63,204 nt of DNA, filler included, from Rhabdomonas costata (GCA_019059605.1; 35 parts of 35 records of this genome joined end to end with filler, not necessarily neighbours in it), one strand, 5' to 3'; shown: positions 48,913 to 62,296, counted from the first letter of the whole stretch. The notes: generated by a model not told the origin, from the sequence alone. Made by a program: numbers and translations.

Positions 48913-50148
48913 ATTCTGGCCTGCATCGCCACCAACGCGGAACGGGCGCACCTCCTGCAGGGCACCTTGGAGTCCCTGTTTGAGTCGGGCTACCCTCCCA
49001 ACCGGGTGGTGTACATTGGGGTCGCTCTCCCCAACACGGAGTCATATGAGAAGGTAGTGCGGCGCGGGGTTGCGCTGTCGAGACGGCTGCGGAAGCGGTT
49101 TCCAGGGCGAAAATTCAAGGTGGTGGTGCCGCAGCCCTCGTGGAGGAAGTTCACCCCAGGCTCCGACTTAACAATCAAGTTGAACTTCTGGCAGCTCCTG
49201 CACGTGGGGAGTCGACACACAGGTGCCGTCTGCTTTTTTTCTTAGACCCGAAACTTTCAGGTTGTGAAGGGGGTCCACAAGACGAGACACAAATTCAACA
49301 GGTCGACAACAAGTTTGACAAAAGAGGGGTGCGTCTTCAGTCTTGCTTCAACAGCAAAGCACCGCGCTCTGCACCCGTTCTTCTTGCGCACGAAAGGGCA
49401 CTCTCACCTTTAGCTCAGTACTGATGACAACCAAAGATGAAAATGCCACCCGAAGAGTTCCGCCATCCCACTGATAGGAGGGTTTTGTTTGTTTTCAAAA
49501 GGGGGCAAGGCATGTGGAGCAGTAACAGTGTCACGCTTCAATAGAAAAACGCGCCCTGGCTCCAGTGGTTGCAGTCTTTCTTTCCGTGCCTTCCAGGTTC
49601 CCGCTCTTTGTCCCTATTGTTGCCTCTCAGTCCTTGATTTCTTCGCGGAGGGCTAAGCCGAAGCAGGCCTGGGGATTTTGTATGTATAGGAGGCCTCCAG
49701 AAACGCTGCGTGATCGGTCCTTGGGATCAGAGTTTGCCCTTTCACCCTCGGCCGGATGTGGTTTCCCTTGGCGGCTCTTTCGTAACCCTTTTGTGCCGCT
49801 TCTTGCCCCTCACAACGGAGGTTTTACGACAGCACCCACAACGTTTGCACAACAAAGCACACCCCAGGAGTGGTTGCAGTGTTTCAGTGGAACCACCAGA
49901 GGACCCTCAAGTAAACTTTCAACTTTTAATGTGAGTTGCAGGCACATGGATGATCAAGGTGCAGGTTTTGCGGAGAGTTTTTGCGAAGAGTTTTTGCGGA
50001 CAATGGCTCCCGTTTTGGCGCAGGTCTGCTGATGCTAGAAGACGACGTGCGGTTCTGCCACAAGTTTTGGGAGGTCTTCACAGGGCTGGTCTCCCAGCTG
50101 AGACGCGAGCTGTGCCCGCGGTTCTTCCTCTCCGTGTACCTGCACCAG
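48913..50148 (+). CDS. GT-A fold glycosyltransferase fragment. Exons 48913-49222 and 50024-50148
   Basis: ILACIATNAERAHLLQGTLESLF and LLMLEDDVRF (an xEDD motif as in GT25/GT54-like enzymes). The intron is in phase. Confidence 0.7.
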
Positions 50149-50490
50149 GCATGTCAGGGCACCTAAAATATGAGCTCCGAAAACTAAATCACTGGAAACC
50201 AGGGGAGGAAAAGGCTTACTATAATCGGAATCACCTTTTCTCCATCTTCCTCATAGAGAGAATAGAGATGGAGGTCTGTCAATTCATCTCATCCATCCCC
50301 CACCTCCCGCTTTCCACGCAGTCCCACAAAATACCGAGCTGGTATATACAAAATTCTCAGCTGCATTTCCCGACGTATTGTTTTTGTGTGCTAAAATGAC
50401 GCAGCTGCTTCGATAAGCAAGAGGAGGAGGAGCAGGAGCAGGAGCAGGAAGGCCCTTCGCAATTTACTGGTTACTGGTCCCCTGGAATTA

Positions 50491-50491
<1 letters not shown>

Positions 50492-50547
<56 letters not shown>
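50492..50547 (+). repeat. (CA)n microsatellite, ~28 units
   Basis: Uninterrupted CA run. Shorter (TG)/(CA) runs occur in many introns. Confidence 0.97.
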
Positions 50548-50548
<1 letters not shown>

Positions 50549-52460
50549 CGCCNNNNNNNNNNNNNNNNNNNNNNNNNNNNNNNNNNNNNNNNNNNNTTAA
50601 TTAATTAANNNNNNNNNNNNNNNNNNNNNNNNNNNNNNNNNNNNNNNNNNNNGCGTCTCCAAGCGGGGTGCAGGTGGGCGGACTGTGTACCAGCCACCAT
50701 TTCTTTCTCTTATCAAAACCCAAATCAGTGCAAAAACAAAAGGTCCTTCTAAACCTGTGTCCTTCTAAGCCTGTGTAAAGCAAAAGGGCCAAAAAACACC
50801 CCCAGAAGCGTGGCTTTAAACCGAATCATTCCGGCCCTACCGGTGCCAGCATGAAGTACTCCTGGGCTCTACCCTTAGGTGTGCTAAGCAGGCCCTGCCG
50901 AAAGCTTAGGCTCAGTATGCAGGCCTGCAGAGGTCTGAAAAGTGCACCCCCGGCCTTTAAGAATTTCTGAGTCAAACATGTACTTAATATGGCCAAAATG
51001 GGACCTTGAAGGGGCCATATCTCGGCGTAGAGAAGGACTCCGGGTAGCGGCCAACCAATTCATCTCAGGAGTACTACCATACCACTAAATATGAACCCCG
51101 ACCCGTCACTCTTGCTCGAATTATGAGGTCAATGTTAGGTCTCCGGTCCGGGTCCGGGGGAGTGACCAAGGCGGATGTCACCCAGCTATCCCGAGGCCAG
51201 CGGAAGAGGCTAGATAGGCCCACCTGGTAGAACCCCCACAACATCGATGGCACAGAGGGGAGGATTGCACGCTCAAGCGAGGGGCTAGTGAGTCAGAAGT
51301 TGTGATGTCCACGAGCAGAGGGGATACCGTGCTCTTGTGCATGAGTTCTTCGTGGGCGAGAAACTCTCCAAATTCACTTCAACAACTTTGGATTTTTCAG
51401 GATCTGCTGATTCGCCGTCGCCTGGGCCGAGTGGTGGAAGCCTCCTACCTTGTCCCTTCCCCCGCGGTGGAAGGAGATCCGAAACCTGAATAAGAATTCC
51501 TTTCATTGTGCTGTTGATGTTGTTGATGTGTCAATATGCATGGTTTCCGGTTCGTTCCGGTTGTGTTCCTTCACACCGCACACACCCACACACCCACACA
51601 CACAAGCATTTGCGCGTCTCATGATGGTATATCGCTCGGCGCCATTTACCATTTGACGCTGTGCCGCCTGTGACCCCAGCATCGACCGCCTTTTTCAAAG
51701 TAGAGGGGGTTGTTGGTGCGGCTTGGGCAAGTCACAGTCAAGCTTTCATCCTCATCTGAGCGTCGATTATGAAACTTGCTAAAATTGTTCTTCGCGTGAC
51801 CCGCTCGTTGCGGCACGTCTGTCTGACTTCTTATTTCGTTCCTGACCGTTAAACAGTTTACTGTTGGTGGTGGGGACGGACGCGCATCCTTACAGCTCCA
51901 TTGGTGGTGATGGAAAAAAAAACCTGAAATTGTAACCAGACTGCTTTTTTAATTTGTGCTTATTCGGGTTTGGTTTGCTTTTGGACAAAGGTTTTCGGGG
52001 TCGCTTTGCTTTCTTTTGGCAGTCGGTTTTTCTTGGGGGGGTTGTACCTTTTTTTTTTGCCATTATGGATGTCCCTTCTTTATCCCTGACAATTAGAAAT
52101 AATGCCAACTCAAAGGTGTGCTGAGGTTGCCGAGCTGAAACAGGCAAAGCCAACCCACCTGCCTTTTAACAGAAGATTCCTCTTTTTGATTTCCCTGGCG
52201 TTGCCCATCAAGCCAGAAGATTGTAGTGCTTGGGGTGCCCGTCGAAGAAAGAGAGCCAGGCAGATGACGCCTGTAGACACGTTACACCATCTTACTCCAG
52301 CTGTTGGGTTGGCCTGGAGTGGACCAAGCCCCCACCCACCACCCCAACCACACCCAACACNNNNNNNNNNNNNNNNNNNNNNNNNNNNNNNNNNNNNNNN
52401 NNNNTTAATTAATTAANNNNNNNNNNNNNNNNNNNNNNNNNNNNNNNNNNNNNNNNNNNN

Positions 52461-52723
52461 TGGCAAAGTTCCCTGATCCTCAGGTTGCACTGAGTTTGTT
52501 ACACTATTGCTTGGGGGCGCAGAAGGTCAATCATCTTCTGCGCCTGCTGTGGTCCCCCACCTGCAGTGCTTTCGCTGACGAGACTGAGCAAGACCTCTTG
52601 TCCACTCTAGATTGCATCCTGGGAACCTGTCTGCCGGACGCCGCGTGGAAGCAGTGCTGTCTTCCCATTCGTCTCGGAGGGTTCGGCATTCAAAGCCCTT
52701 CCCTGACCCACAGTGCCTGTTAG
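52461..52723 (+). mobile_element. CRE-like non-LTR retrotransposon RT thumb fragment (truncated)
   Basis: DPQVALSLLHYCLGAQKVNHLLR...ILGTCLPDAAWKQCCLPIRLGGFGI matches the DPQxAxxLLRxC...WxQAxLPxxxGGLG motif. Confidence 0.75.
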
Positions 52724-53338
52724 TGAGTTCGCAGGTTGGTTGATGGGGTTTTGGTTTGTTTGCTTGTTTTGTTTGCTTGTTTATATGTTCCACGTGTTCG
52801 CATCTTCCACGTGTTCGCATCTTCTTCGAGTTCCACCGCGGTCCCTTCCCTTACCACTCGCTTATTCTTTGTTTGTTGTGTGTCCGCTATTAGCGAGCAG
52901 AATTAGAGACCGGATTCCCGCCTTTTCCCTTTCCGGTCTTTGGCTTGACCAAGCTCGCAGTGATTAAGGGCCGGGGGTGCGACGACCCAAAACCCAAAGC
53001 GAACTTTCAAAAGAAAAAATCAAGCCCCCACTAAAAAAATTCTTTCTTTTTATTTACGTTTTTCAGCTGGAAAATTAAATCCACATTTGAGTGTGAATCG
53101 TGTTGATAAAACCGAAAATAGCTCTAAACCTCCCCCAAGCAAAGTTTGAAGTGTGAAGATGCCCACTCACCAACACCCTCACAGGAACCACGGCCCCCAT
53201 CCGCACCGTAAGCATCCCAACCAACACCAAACCGAATTAAGCGCGCAGCCTGAGTGGTTGCTCATTTCCTCGACCCCCCTCCACACACACAGGCACACGC
53301 ATCTTTGCCCTCGCACTTGAAAGGAGCACCCTCCTCAG

Positions 53339-53598
53339 CCCGGTGTACTTCGTTGTCTCCGGGCTGCGGCAAGGCCAGGGGCGACAAGTGTACCCCGACG
53401 GCTCGTCGTACGAGGGGCAGTGGGACTCGGACCAGCCCAATGGCCAGGGCGTGCTGCGGTCCACCCTAGTGCAGTACAGCGGGGACTGGCAGGATGGGGC
53501 GATGCACGGCCAGGGCACCCTGACCCTGTTTTCGGTGACCGGCGAGGTGGTGGCCACCTACACTGGCTACTTTGAGAAGGGGGAGAAGAGCGGGGAGG
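53339..53598 (+). CDS. MORN-repeat protein exon
   Basis: GQGRQVYPDGSSYEGQWDSDQPNGQG, YSGDWQDGAMHGQG, YTGYFEKGEKSGEG. AG/GT boundaries. Confidence 0.9.
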
Positions 53599-54649
53599 GT
53601 CTCTGCGCCCCTCTGCCCCCCAACCCCTCACCCATCTCATGCTCTTGTTCAATGAGGGGGTTGTTCCGCTGGTTGGGCTTCCTGAACTTATTTCATTCCA
53701 TTTCCACTTGAAATATTTGGATCGAGGAACGAGGAATGAGTGAATAAAGGGCCGCTCTTGCGAGCCCCCTTCCCCTCTCCTGATACGTTGTGGGTGTCCA
53801 ACCCTCTGAGCGCGAGAGAAAGAAGCGGTACAGAGTGGGGGGGGGGGGTTTCAAAAAACCGCGTGTAGGGCCACCACAGAGGGATGCAAGGACGGCCTCC
53901 CAGCCCTTTGCTTCAGGTATGCAGTCAAAAAAAACCCGAGGCACCTCTGCTAAAGGAAGGTGGATTCTCGATACTGCGTAGTGTCAGCGCATCCCTCCCC
54001 CTTGCCCTTCACTTCCCTTTTTCTCAATCTCTGCACATGTGTCTTTTTGTGTGCTTCTCGCTGCAACTATCCTGCAAACCTATGCTGCTGCAGTGTTTTG
54101 AACGCAGCCCTGACACCGAGGCCGAATGCAGAAGATTTTGTGCCTTTCCAACTGGATACCACCACCCCNNNNNNNNNNNNNNNNNNNNNNNNNNNNNNNN
54201 NNNNNNNNNNNNTTAATTAATTAANNNNNNNNNNNNNNNNNNNNNNNNNNNNNNNNNNNNNNNNNNNNCGTAGCAGGGGGTGTGGGGGTGGAACGGAGGT
54301 TGTTGGGAGAGGAAAGGATGGGCACCGCGACAAAGAGATGCCTCATTGGATGAGGGAGAAAAGGTCAAAACGGTCGTTGACAATTCGTGGACGGATGGAA
54401 GGAAAAGGGTCGCGCTCAGGGAGGGAGGGCAGAGGGAAAGACTTTTATTAAAACTTTACAGCTAAATAAATACTCGTGGACACTCGGAAGACGCCCGGGG
54501 GGTTTGCTATTTGTCCCCCCCCCCTCCCCGTGAATGTCCTCAACGCAACTGAACGCAGAGGAAAAAGGGAGCAGTGGCACACTCTTCTCGCTGACGCACT
54601 CAGCGAGAAGGCCGTGACGGGAAAGGGGTCCAGAAATGGACAGTCAAAC

Positions 54650-55750
54650 CTGAATCCTCTCCTGGGACTGCAGCTTCCGCTTCAGCTCCCCCGCTTCCTT
54701 CATCTGAGCCACCACCAGCCTTCGCGCGCGAGTGCGGGGACCGATGGGAGGGTGTATCCAACAGAAATTGCCCCACGTAGCAATGACGCAGACATACGTG
54801 TGAGCGGCGAGATGAGGAAAAACATCGGGAACTCTCAGTCTAGCCAGCTATGCACACAACCTTTGAGAAATCAGACCACCCTCTCGAACAGAGCACGTCA
54901 TATTAAAAAAACATCCGTTGCATAAAGGAGCTCGTCTGATGGCTGTGAAGCTGGCACTGACAAGCAAACACTGACAGGAAAGTGACCACACACAGTATGG
55001 GGGGGACAAGAGGCATACGCGTCCTTGCGGCTGAGCTCCCCCTCAAGTTCCTTCACCCGCAGCTCGTTTTGTTTAGAAAGGCTGCAGAGCGAAAGGAGAG
55101 GGGCGTGGATAAGGGGGAGGACACGCGTCATTGCATTTGGAACACCGATGAGAACCAGCCGCATGAATTTTTCTACGCTTACCTTAGCTACACGCTTAAC
55201 TACCACACCCAAGCATGCTGCATTCTGAACAACAACCTTTACCTTCGCCCTGCACTTCCTCTGCGGAAGCGCTAACACAAGGAAACCCAAAACAGCATCC
55301 CTCTGCAGTGAACTTCTGACGCGTGTTTGTGCTATGTGGCCTTGGTGTTTTGGTGGTGAAGAGGCTCTTTCTTTGCGCAGCTCAGCTGGAAATTCCAGAA
55401 GGGTTTAGGTTTTATGTGCAGCTACAGTGTCAGCGACTGCATCCCAATAACCAAACGCAGGAGTTTCTATTTCATCGATCGCGAGCAAGAGAGGTTCCAT
55501 CCATCTGTGAACCACTGAATATTAGAAAGACACCAAACGGAGGGGAAACTCACGTGCTCAGGCTGCTAATCTCGGCCACCGCGCTCTCCAGCTGCTTCTG
55601 CAGGGCCTGCTCCCCAGCAACCCCTTGACAGGCACTCCCGCTCTCGCGCTTTGGCGGCAGGCCATGTCCTCCTCCTCCCCCCACCACCACCACACTATCG
55701 CCCTGACTGCAAAGGTCTCCCATATCCTGGTCCTTGCCCTGCACCTCCGT
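54650..55750 (-). CDS. Coiled-coil protein, internal exons ~55750-55554, 55081-55019, 54719-54650
   Basis: ALQKQLESAVAEISSLST|LSKQNELRVKELEGELSRKDA|LVVAQMKEAGELKRKLQSQE. Phase-2 GT-AG junctions. Confidence 0.6.
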
Positions 55751-56170
55751 CTGGAGCAATAGATCCAGGAAAGCTGGCTGCACAACAGTTCGTTGGGGAT
55801 TGGGGTGAAAGAACTTCAGTGGCCCTACCACCAGCGAAAAGAAAAGTGAACAGTCTAAAAGCCAAATCTCATCTCACCCAGCGGTGCCTTCTGAATGTTC
55901 TTCACCAACCCACACACACACACAACATCGCAATGAGAGCAGAATCCACGCAACCCTGTTGATGGGAAACCCACAANNNNNNNNNNNNNNNNNNNNNNNN
56001 NNNNNNNNNNNNNNNNNNNNTTAATTAATTAANNNNNNNNNNNNNNNNNNNNNNNNNNNNNNNNNNNNNNNNNNNNGTTGTGTGGTTTGCACAGTGCGAG
56101 TCTCAGAGCTTTGATTGAGGTGTACGCTCATGTTTTCTCTGTTGGAATCTTTTAGGAGAGCTTTGAGAAC

Positions 56171-57720
56171 CTGGTCTCCGCGCTGTACCCTCGATTTGCT
56201 TCGGAACGCCTTCTTGCTGGGGACACGCAGATCCACCTGGAGCTGCCTGAGGTAGAGGGGGAGCATTGATTTGCTGGTTTGGTCCAGACAATATCCACGT
56301 TGGTCTCACTATCGCTGTGGTTTCCTGAGTGTGTGAGAGCAGGCTGTGAGACGGGGTCGAGGCCTCGACTTGCCGCACCAGGGCGTCGGCAATGTACGTC
56401 TGCAGCTCCGGAAGGCGCAGGAAAATGATCTGAACGAGAAAACCGAGGTAGAAAAAGTTAGAGACAGACCTATCCCCCAATCCCAGATATGGACGCATAT
56501 GCATTGCATTATTGTACATCACTGCAGGCCTCCTTTCCTGTTATAATGCCTCTTGTGGGTCGTTGTCGAAAAGAACAAAGAATCCCCTGGTTGGAGACCT
56601 TTTCAGAAACAGAGATAAAAATATCTCCTTTCACTTCAAGGTTCAGTTCAAGCAGCGCTAGGTCTCGTAGTCTGATTATCGCTGTACACACGACAAAATG
56701 TGACGGGGCCCCGTATTTGTGAAGTCCGTTCTGCTTAAAACTTGAAAACTGAGTATCACAGGAGTATCACACCTGTGCTTCCTCTACTATGCCCATTTTT
56801 GATGGCATAAACACCCCCAGCAGGACCACAGCGAGGCGCTGGGACACACTCTTCAGGTCCTTCATTTTGGCCGGGCTCGGGGATACGTCGGGCTTTCCTT
56901 TGGAGGGCGGCTGCTGCTGAGCAGAGGCAAGCTGACGGTACCACTCTGCCACTGAGTCTGCTCGCCTAGCCAGCTCATAGACTCGGTTAGTCATAAGCGA
57001 GAGCTGCGGGTTGTGGGGCTCAAAGCGCTGTGGCATCTCCGAACCTCTGAACTCCTCCTCGGACACCACCAGGGGAACAAAAGGGTTCCCGGACTCCTTC
57101 TCTGGCCGTGTGGGCCCGGGGGGCCCTGCCTTGTCCTCGGCAGCTTTCGGGGCCATCTCCTCATAGGAGAACTTCGAGAACCACAGTGAGACCCAACACA
57201 CTGTTCCCACGAGCTTCTCAAAGAACCCGTAGTGCTGCAGCGGGATGATATACGACGGGTGGAGCTTCAGAAGGTGCGCCAGAAGCTCCAGCACACTCAT
57301 CTGAAATGTAAAGAAGGGGTCCAGGGAGGCCGAAGATGCCGGAGGTGGGTAGAACCGAAACGTCGGGGTGGGAGAATTCGGGTCCAGCCCCAACGCCGAG
57401 GAGGATGCGCTCCTCGGGGAGAAGGGGGCGGGCACCCCGATGCACTCCACGAGGGCCATCAGCCACCCCGACTGCTCCAGCGCCGCACCGTCGTTATCGG
57501 CGTAGATCGCCACAAAACGCACAATCTCCAGCAGCCATTGCCATAACTCGCGAAGCTTCTGGGAGCCCGTCAGCGCGTTGATCGTCAAAAGCATCGCCGA
57601 TGTTCCCCGAAGGATATTCCAGCGCACAGCAACGGTGGGCTCGACAGCCTCTGAGGGTCCAAAGACACCCACGAGTTCCGGGTCCGCTGTGACCTCAACA
57701 TCAGAGAGGCATCGGACAAC
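56171..57720 (-). CDS. Large alpha-helical protein of unknown function. Exons 57720-56773, 56429-56353, 56246-56171
   Basis: A 316-codon open exon with coding-like composition. All junctions are GT-AG and in phase. Confidence 0.7.
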
Positions 57721-59760
57721 CTAAAGAGAGTTGCGAAGGTCAGGTCACGTAGTTGCACGGCAGGAAATCAAGGGCCAACAAACCNNNNNNNNNNNNNNNN
57801 NNNNNNNNNNNNNNNNNNNNNNNNNNNNTTAATTAATTAANNNNNNNNNNNNNNNNNNNNNNNNNNNNNNNNNNNNNNNNNNNNGTGTGTGGGAAACAGT
57901 AATGTAAACAGTGCATATTTCAAAATGCGCTGGTTGAACCCCAAATTTGAACGTATAATTATTAAACATTATACATCATTACTCTACGACCGATTATACT
58001 CAGCTACCTGTCGATATCTCGTGTGTATCTTGCGCACAGAAAACGCAATGGTTCCACCAAATTACACACAATTAAGTGTTTCAAAATTCGGAAGATTACA
58101 GACCAAATCATATATGGGAGCACAAATATATATGGGAACACGGCCCCATATTAAAAAGTGCAATTGGGCAACACACGCATCTTCATTTGCATCAATTAGT
58201 AGCTATAAATCAAAGAAAGTTTTTGTGATTTCATAATGTAACTTAGAGGCTGATAACAGTCCGTACCACGATAGTAGCACATATAATTAACATACTAACA
58301 CCTGAACAACTGAACAAATGCATTAAAGGATTGAGTACTGCGGGTTCAAATCACACTTTCTTAGTGTTCAAAAGTCTTCCTAATGTAATTTTCATCACGC
58401 CGCCCACACACAACTTGGGCATCCTATCAAAAAATGTCGAGCAACAGCCATAAACTTTGACAACACGCGTTTGTGAGGCAAAAGTGAGTTTTCAACTTCA
58501 AAAAATTCAAAACTCAGCTCGGCTGCAAACGCAAGCAAGTGGCCATGTAAGTCACTGATGTGCACTCTTTCGGCGACAATTTGCGGAAAGTTTCTTCCAT
58601 TGTGCTTTTGTTTTGATCAAACCATGGGTTTAGAAGACTCTTGGCCACATCATAATCGGTTCAGCTTCTTCTCTTCATTCTCTTAATTCCGTTTTTTTTC
58701 ATTTCCATTGAACTTTTTGAGAAGTCTCTTTATGCCCAAGGTCCAGAAACAGAAATTATTTCTCAATCCAAATGTTAATTTTCGTGCAAATTGTACGGTA
58801 AGTACAGCACTTTTTTGGAGGTGTGGAATGGGTGCACATCGCAAGTCCCAGTTGTAGTCACTGCATATGTAGAGGTTGGCGTTGCCTCACATGGATGCAT
58901 GCACACAGGGTACGTGTTGGAGTGTTTACTGGGATTTGAACACAAAACTGTGCAGCACCGCACACCTGCGATTGTCACCGAACCATTGCTTTATGTACAA
59001 CTGTACTCAGAAGCCCCTCACACAGTGTATACACGCTTGTATTGAAAGAGTTTTGGAATTGAACCCAATACGTTGCCAACATTTGCGATTTACGCTCCTT
59101 GAATTCACAACGTAGCTCACAACAATGTGGAGATGTATGGAACCAGCAACTTCCTTCAACTGGCTGAGGAAGACCTCGGTAGGGCAATGTTGAGGCTACT
59201 GCCATCACTCGTAACTAATAGAAGCTCACTCATGCTTTCAGAGCGAGTTATTATTAGAGAAACGCGAAAGTGTGGACAACACTCTGTACCAAAGGACTGC
59301 TGTTTCGACTGTCTCGTGCTGCATGTTTCTGCCAAAGTTATTGAGACCGAAAAGAAAAAGTCTGGAATGTGTATTTACAAAGCTGAAAGAGGACCAATGA
59401 CGAGGAAAAATGTTCCACGCATGCTGTTTGTGATGGACATGGTGGACAACGCGGGAACAGTTGCCATACATGAAGTCGGAGTGAAGCACGACACTTCGTC
59501 GACTTGCCAAGAAGCGCTGCAACATGGGACAGGTTATTGTGCTTTGCATGAGAAAAAATGTGGTTCTTGTCAATATCATGCAACACGCGCANNNNNNNNN
59601 NNNNNNNNNNNNNNNNNNNNNNNNNNNNNNNNNNNTTAATTAATTAANNNNNNNNNNNNNNNNNNNNNNNNNNNNNNNNNNNNNNNNNNNNTTGTGGGGG
59701 GTTCAGATTTGAGAGAGAGAGTGTGTGTGTGTAATAGAGGGTGAAAGGGGTGAACTCTAA

Positions 59761-59785
59761 GCTGAGCTGAGCTGAGCTGAGCTGA
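59761..59785 (+). repeat. (GCTGA)5 tandem repeat
   Basis: gctgagctgagctgagctgagctga. Confidence 0.9.
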
Positions 59786-60517
59786 AATATCTGATGTCTT
59801 AGTGTGACTGGCGTTTTAACCCTGGCGGATTTGGTGGGTCTTCATCAGAAAGGCACCATCTCCGCTCGCCTAAGACGCTCTTCGCCGGGTTTTTTTTTGC
59901 GACTGTGGGGTGGAGGCCGACTTTTTGTGGGTGCTTACATCTGAAATCGGAGGATGGGTCGGGTTCTTGGTGTGCAAGGTGCGGGGTGACATGATGATGG
60001 ATAGTATGGGGCTGTGGTTGATGTGTGTGGGGTTATATACAAGAGGATCGGCGAGAGAAAGAGAGATTTGAGAGAGAGAGAGAGCAGGTCTCCTGTTTCA
60101 CGCGGCCATCAAACGCGAGAAAGCATAAAGAAAACGAGTCAAGGAGGAAAATGTCCTGGGGCTCAAAGCATGCGTGGGGCATCAGTGATCTCATATTTAT
60201 TCGGGAGCACCATAAGATCATCTGAGACCATTTGGAGGTGAGGCGAGGGAAGTGAGATTATAGGCGCCTGTGAGGTGTCGGTTGTAGCGCACCCGCAGCG
60301 AGCAGACACAGCCATCGACGCATTTGGTAGTTGGTGATTGTTGATCTCTATGTAAGCAACACAGCTGCACCACCCAAAGATTCCAGCAATCACTTCCCGC
60401 AAAACATGGCACAGTATAATAATGGGGGCAGGGAAGTTCTTCAAGTGTTAGAGCAATAAAAGCACAAAAGTAGCAACCCTGAAGTACCCTCCCCGCTGAA
60501 AAAAAAACAGCGAAAAC

Positions 60518-60586
60518 CTCTTCCACCCAAATGTGCAGCTTGTGCGCCCGCAGGTATTCCTTCCCATTTTTGGGAAGTTCGAACAT
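60518..60586 (-). CDS. Possible first exon with an RIIa/Dpy-30-like docking motif start (MFELPKNGKEYLRAHKLHIWVEE)
   Basis: AG 8 nt upstream of the ATG, an EYLxxHxL motif and a |gttttc donor. No downstream exon could be identified. Confidence 0.3.
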
Positions 60587-61496
60587 GACCCCGCCTGACA
60601 CCGACCGGAAAAATCACCGAGGCGGCACCCACCCACACACACACACTTACACACAGACGAACGAGGTTGGTCCAAGGGAACTTAACAAAAAGAATCGCGG
60701 AGGCAAGAAAGCACTGCTTGAGGCAAAGAAAACACTCGCAGCGGAGACCCTTTGTCAATAAAAAAGAACAGCTGCAACTCCCCTTCCACATTCCGCGCTC
60801 ACAAACGCAAACCCTCCACAAAATTGATTCCGTTCGCAACTCTGAATTACCCGACTCATGGAAGCACGCTATAAAACACCCCTGATCGGACCAGTGGTGT
60901 GGATCCTGGGACTTTGGGACTTGAACAAAGCTGTCCGTTCAACGTACCTGCACTGGGCGTGCCAGAATTCGACCAAACTGTTCTCGAAACATAATCAAGC
61001 GAGAAAGCTGCCTGAGGGGGCTACCCCTTCAAAACACCCGCTTAGCATGTCGCTTCTGCGTACATCCAAACCCTGTGCAAGGCCTAGATCCCACCGGGGC
61101 ACGTGTTTTACCGTCCAACACCCGCACAACTCATTATCCCGAACAAGGGGCGTGCATACCAACAGCTCCTTGCGGAGTAAAAGCAAGGACGCAAACGTCC
61201 CTACGGTTTCATCCCCCAAGGGATCATTTTTGCTTCATCAATGTCCCGATTGGGCAAGCAAAAACACACACCCTTCCCCCTTCTTCCTTCCCACCTGTTT
61301 CCGCATCCTGTAGCCCGCTGCAAAAAACGCAAGAGAGAGAATCCATCTGACATGGCAACTCTCTCCGCATTTCAAGGGCTCCGTTAAAAACCCCCCNNNN
61401 NNNNNNNNNNNNNNNNNNNNNNNNNNNNNNNNNNNNNNNNTTAATTAATTAANNNNNNNNNNNNNNNNNNNNNNNNNNNNNNNNNNNNNNNNNNNN

Positions 61497-62296
61497 GTGG
61501 TTGTGGCGCGGATGCTGCGGGACCCCCAGGTCAACCCTCACCAGGGCAGCGTGAGTGTGGACAAGCTGAGGTTCTTTGTGCATCAGGAGGCCCCCCAGCT
61601 CTACGAGGCCGTGGTGGGGTCTCAGGATACCTTCCTGTTCTGGAAGGACTTGGTCGGCGCAGTTTGGTTTTCCTCTTATCTGTTCTTTCCAGCTCTGCTC
61701 TCATTTTGCCATCGGGGATGCCATCTTCTAACCTTCTTTTAACCTGGTTTTTATTGCGCTGCTGCCTGCAATCGAAATCGCCCAAAAAGGTTTGAGTCTG
61801 ACCTTTCCATTCATTTTTTGTGCTACGGGTGCATCAGCGCACTAGAGACGTCAGTGTTATGAACTTAAACATAAGCAGGGTACAGTGTGCTGGCGACCTT
61901 GTGCCAGCACAGCATTACTCTTGCACTGCCTCGGCCATTGTGAAAGCCTCCTGCCACGCCTAAGCCCTCCGTGCCCTTCTCTTCCTGGTCTTCTGTCTTA
62001 TCTTCTCCCAGATCTACCTGACGGAGAACCGGGCGTGGCAGGAGAATGACAAGAAGATGAAGGCCGGGATCCAGATCCAGGAGGCCCAGATCGTCGCCTT
62101 CATGGCGAGCATGCTGCGCACAAATCCCACCCTCCGTCTGGAGGAATTCGTCGAGGCCTACACCCACGTCTCTCAGGCCTCGCCCCTGGCTCGGAGGACC
62201 TACGCCCCCCTCCCCCAGGGTGCCGATTTGCAGCGGCTGCTGCAGCGCCACAGCTACGGGCTGAACAGCCTGCACCAGATCGTGGCCCTGGAGTAA
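61497..62296 (+). CDS. Protein of unknown function, 3' exons <61497-61652 and 62012-62296
   Basis: VARMLRDPQVNPHQGSVSVDKLR...PQLYEAVVG...|IYLTENRAWQEND...LEEFVEAY...LPQGADLQRLLQRH. Coding-like composition and GT-AG boundaries. Confidence 0.6.

Noticed and set aside
51401-51493. Possible short terminal exon DLLIRRRLGRVVEASYL...
   Set aside because: Only an acceptor and 30 codons, with no homology or partner exon to support it.
55612-55710. Second possible nonconventional intron (AGTCAG start) in the coiled-coil gene
   Set aside because: End pairing is only 3-4 bp. A GT-AG intron or a continuous frame explains the region.
57885-59591. AT-rich contig with short ORFs (possible transposon or foreign DNA)
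   Set aside because: No recognisable domain, terminal repeat or splice pattern.
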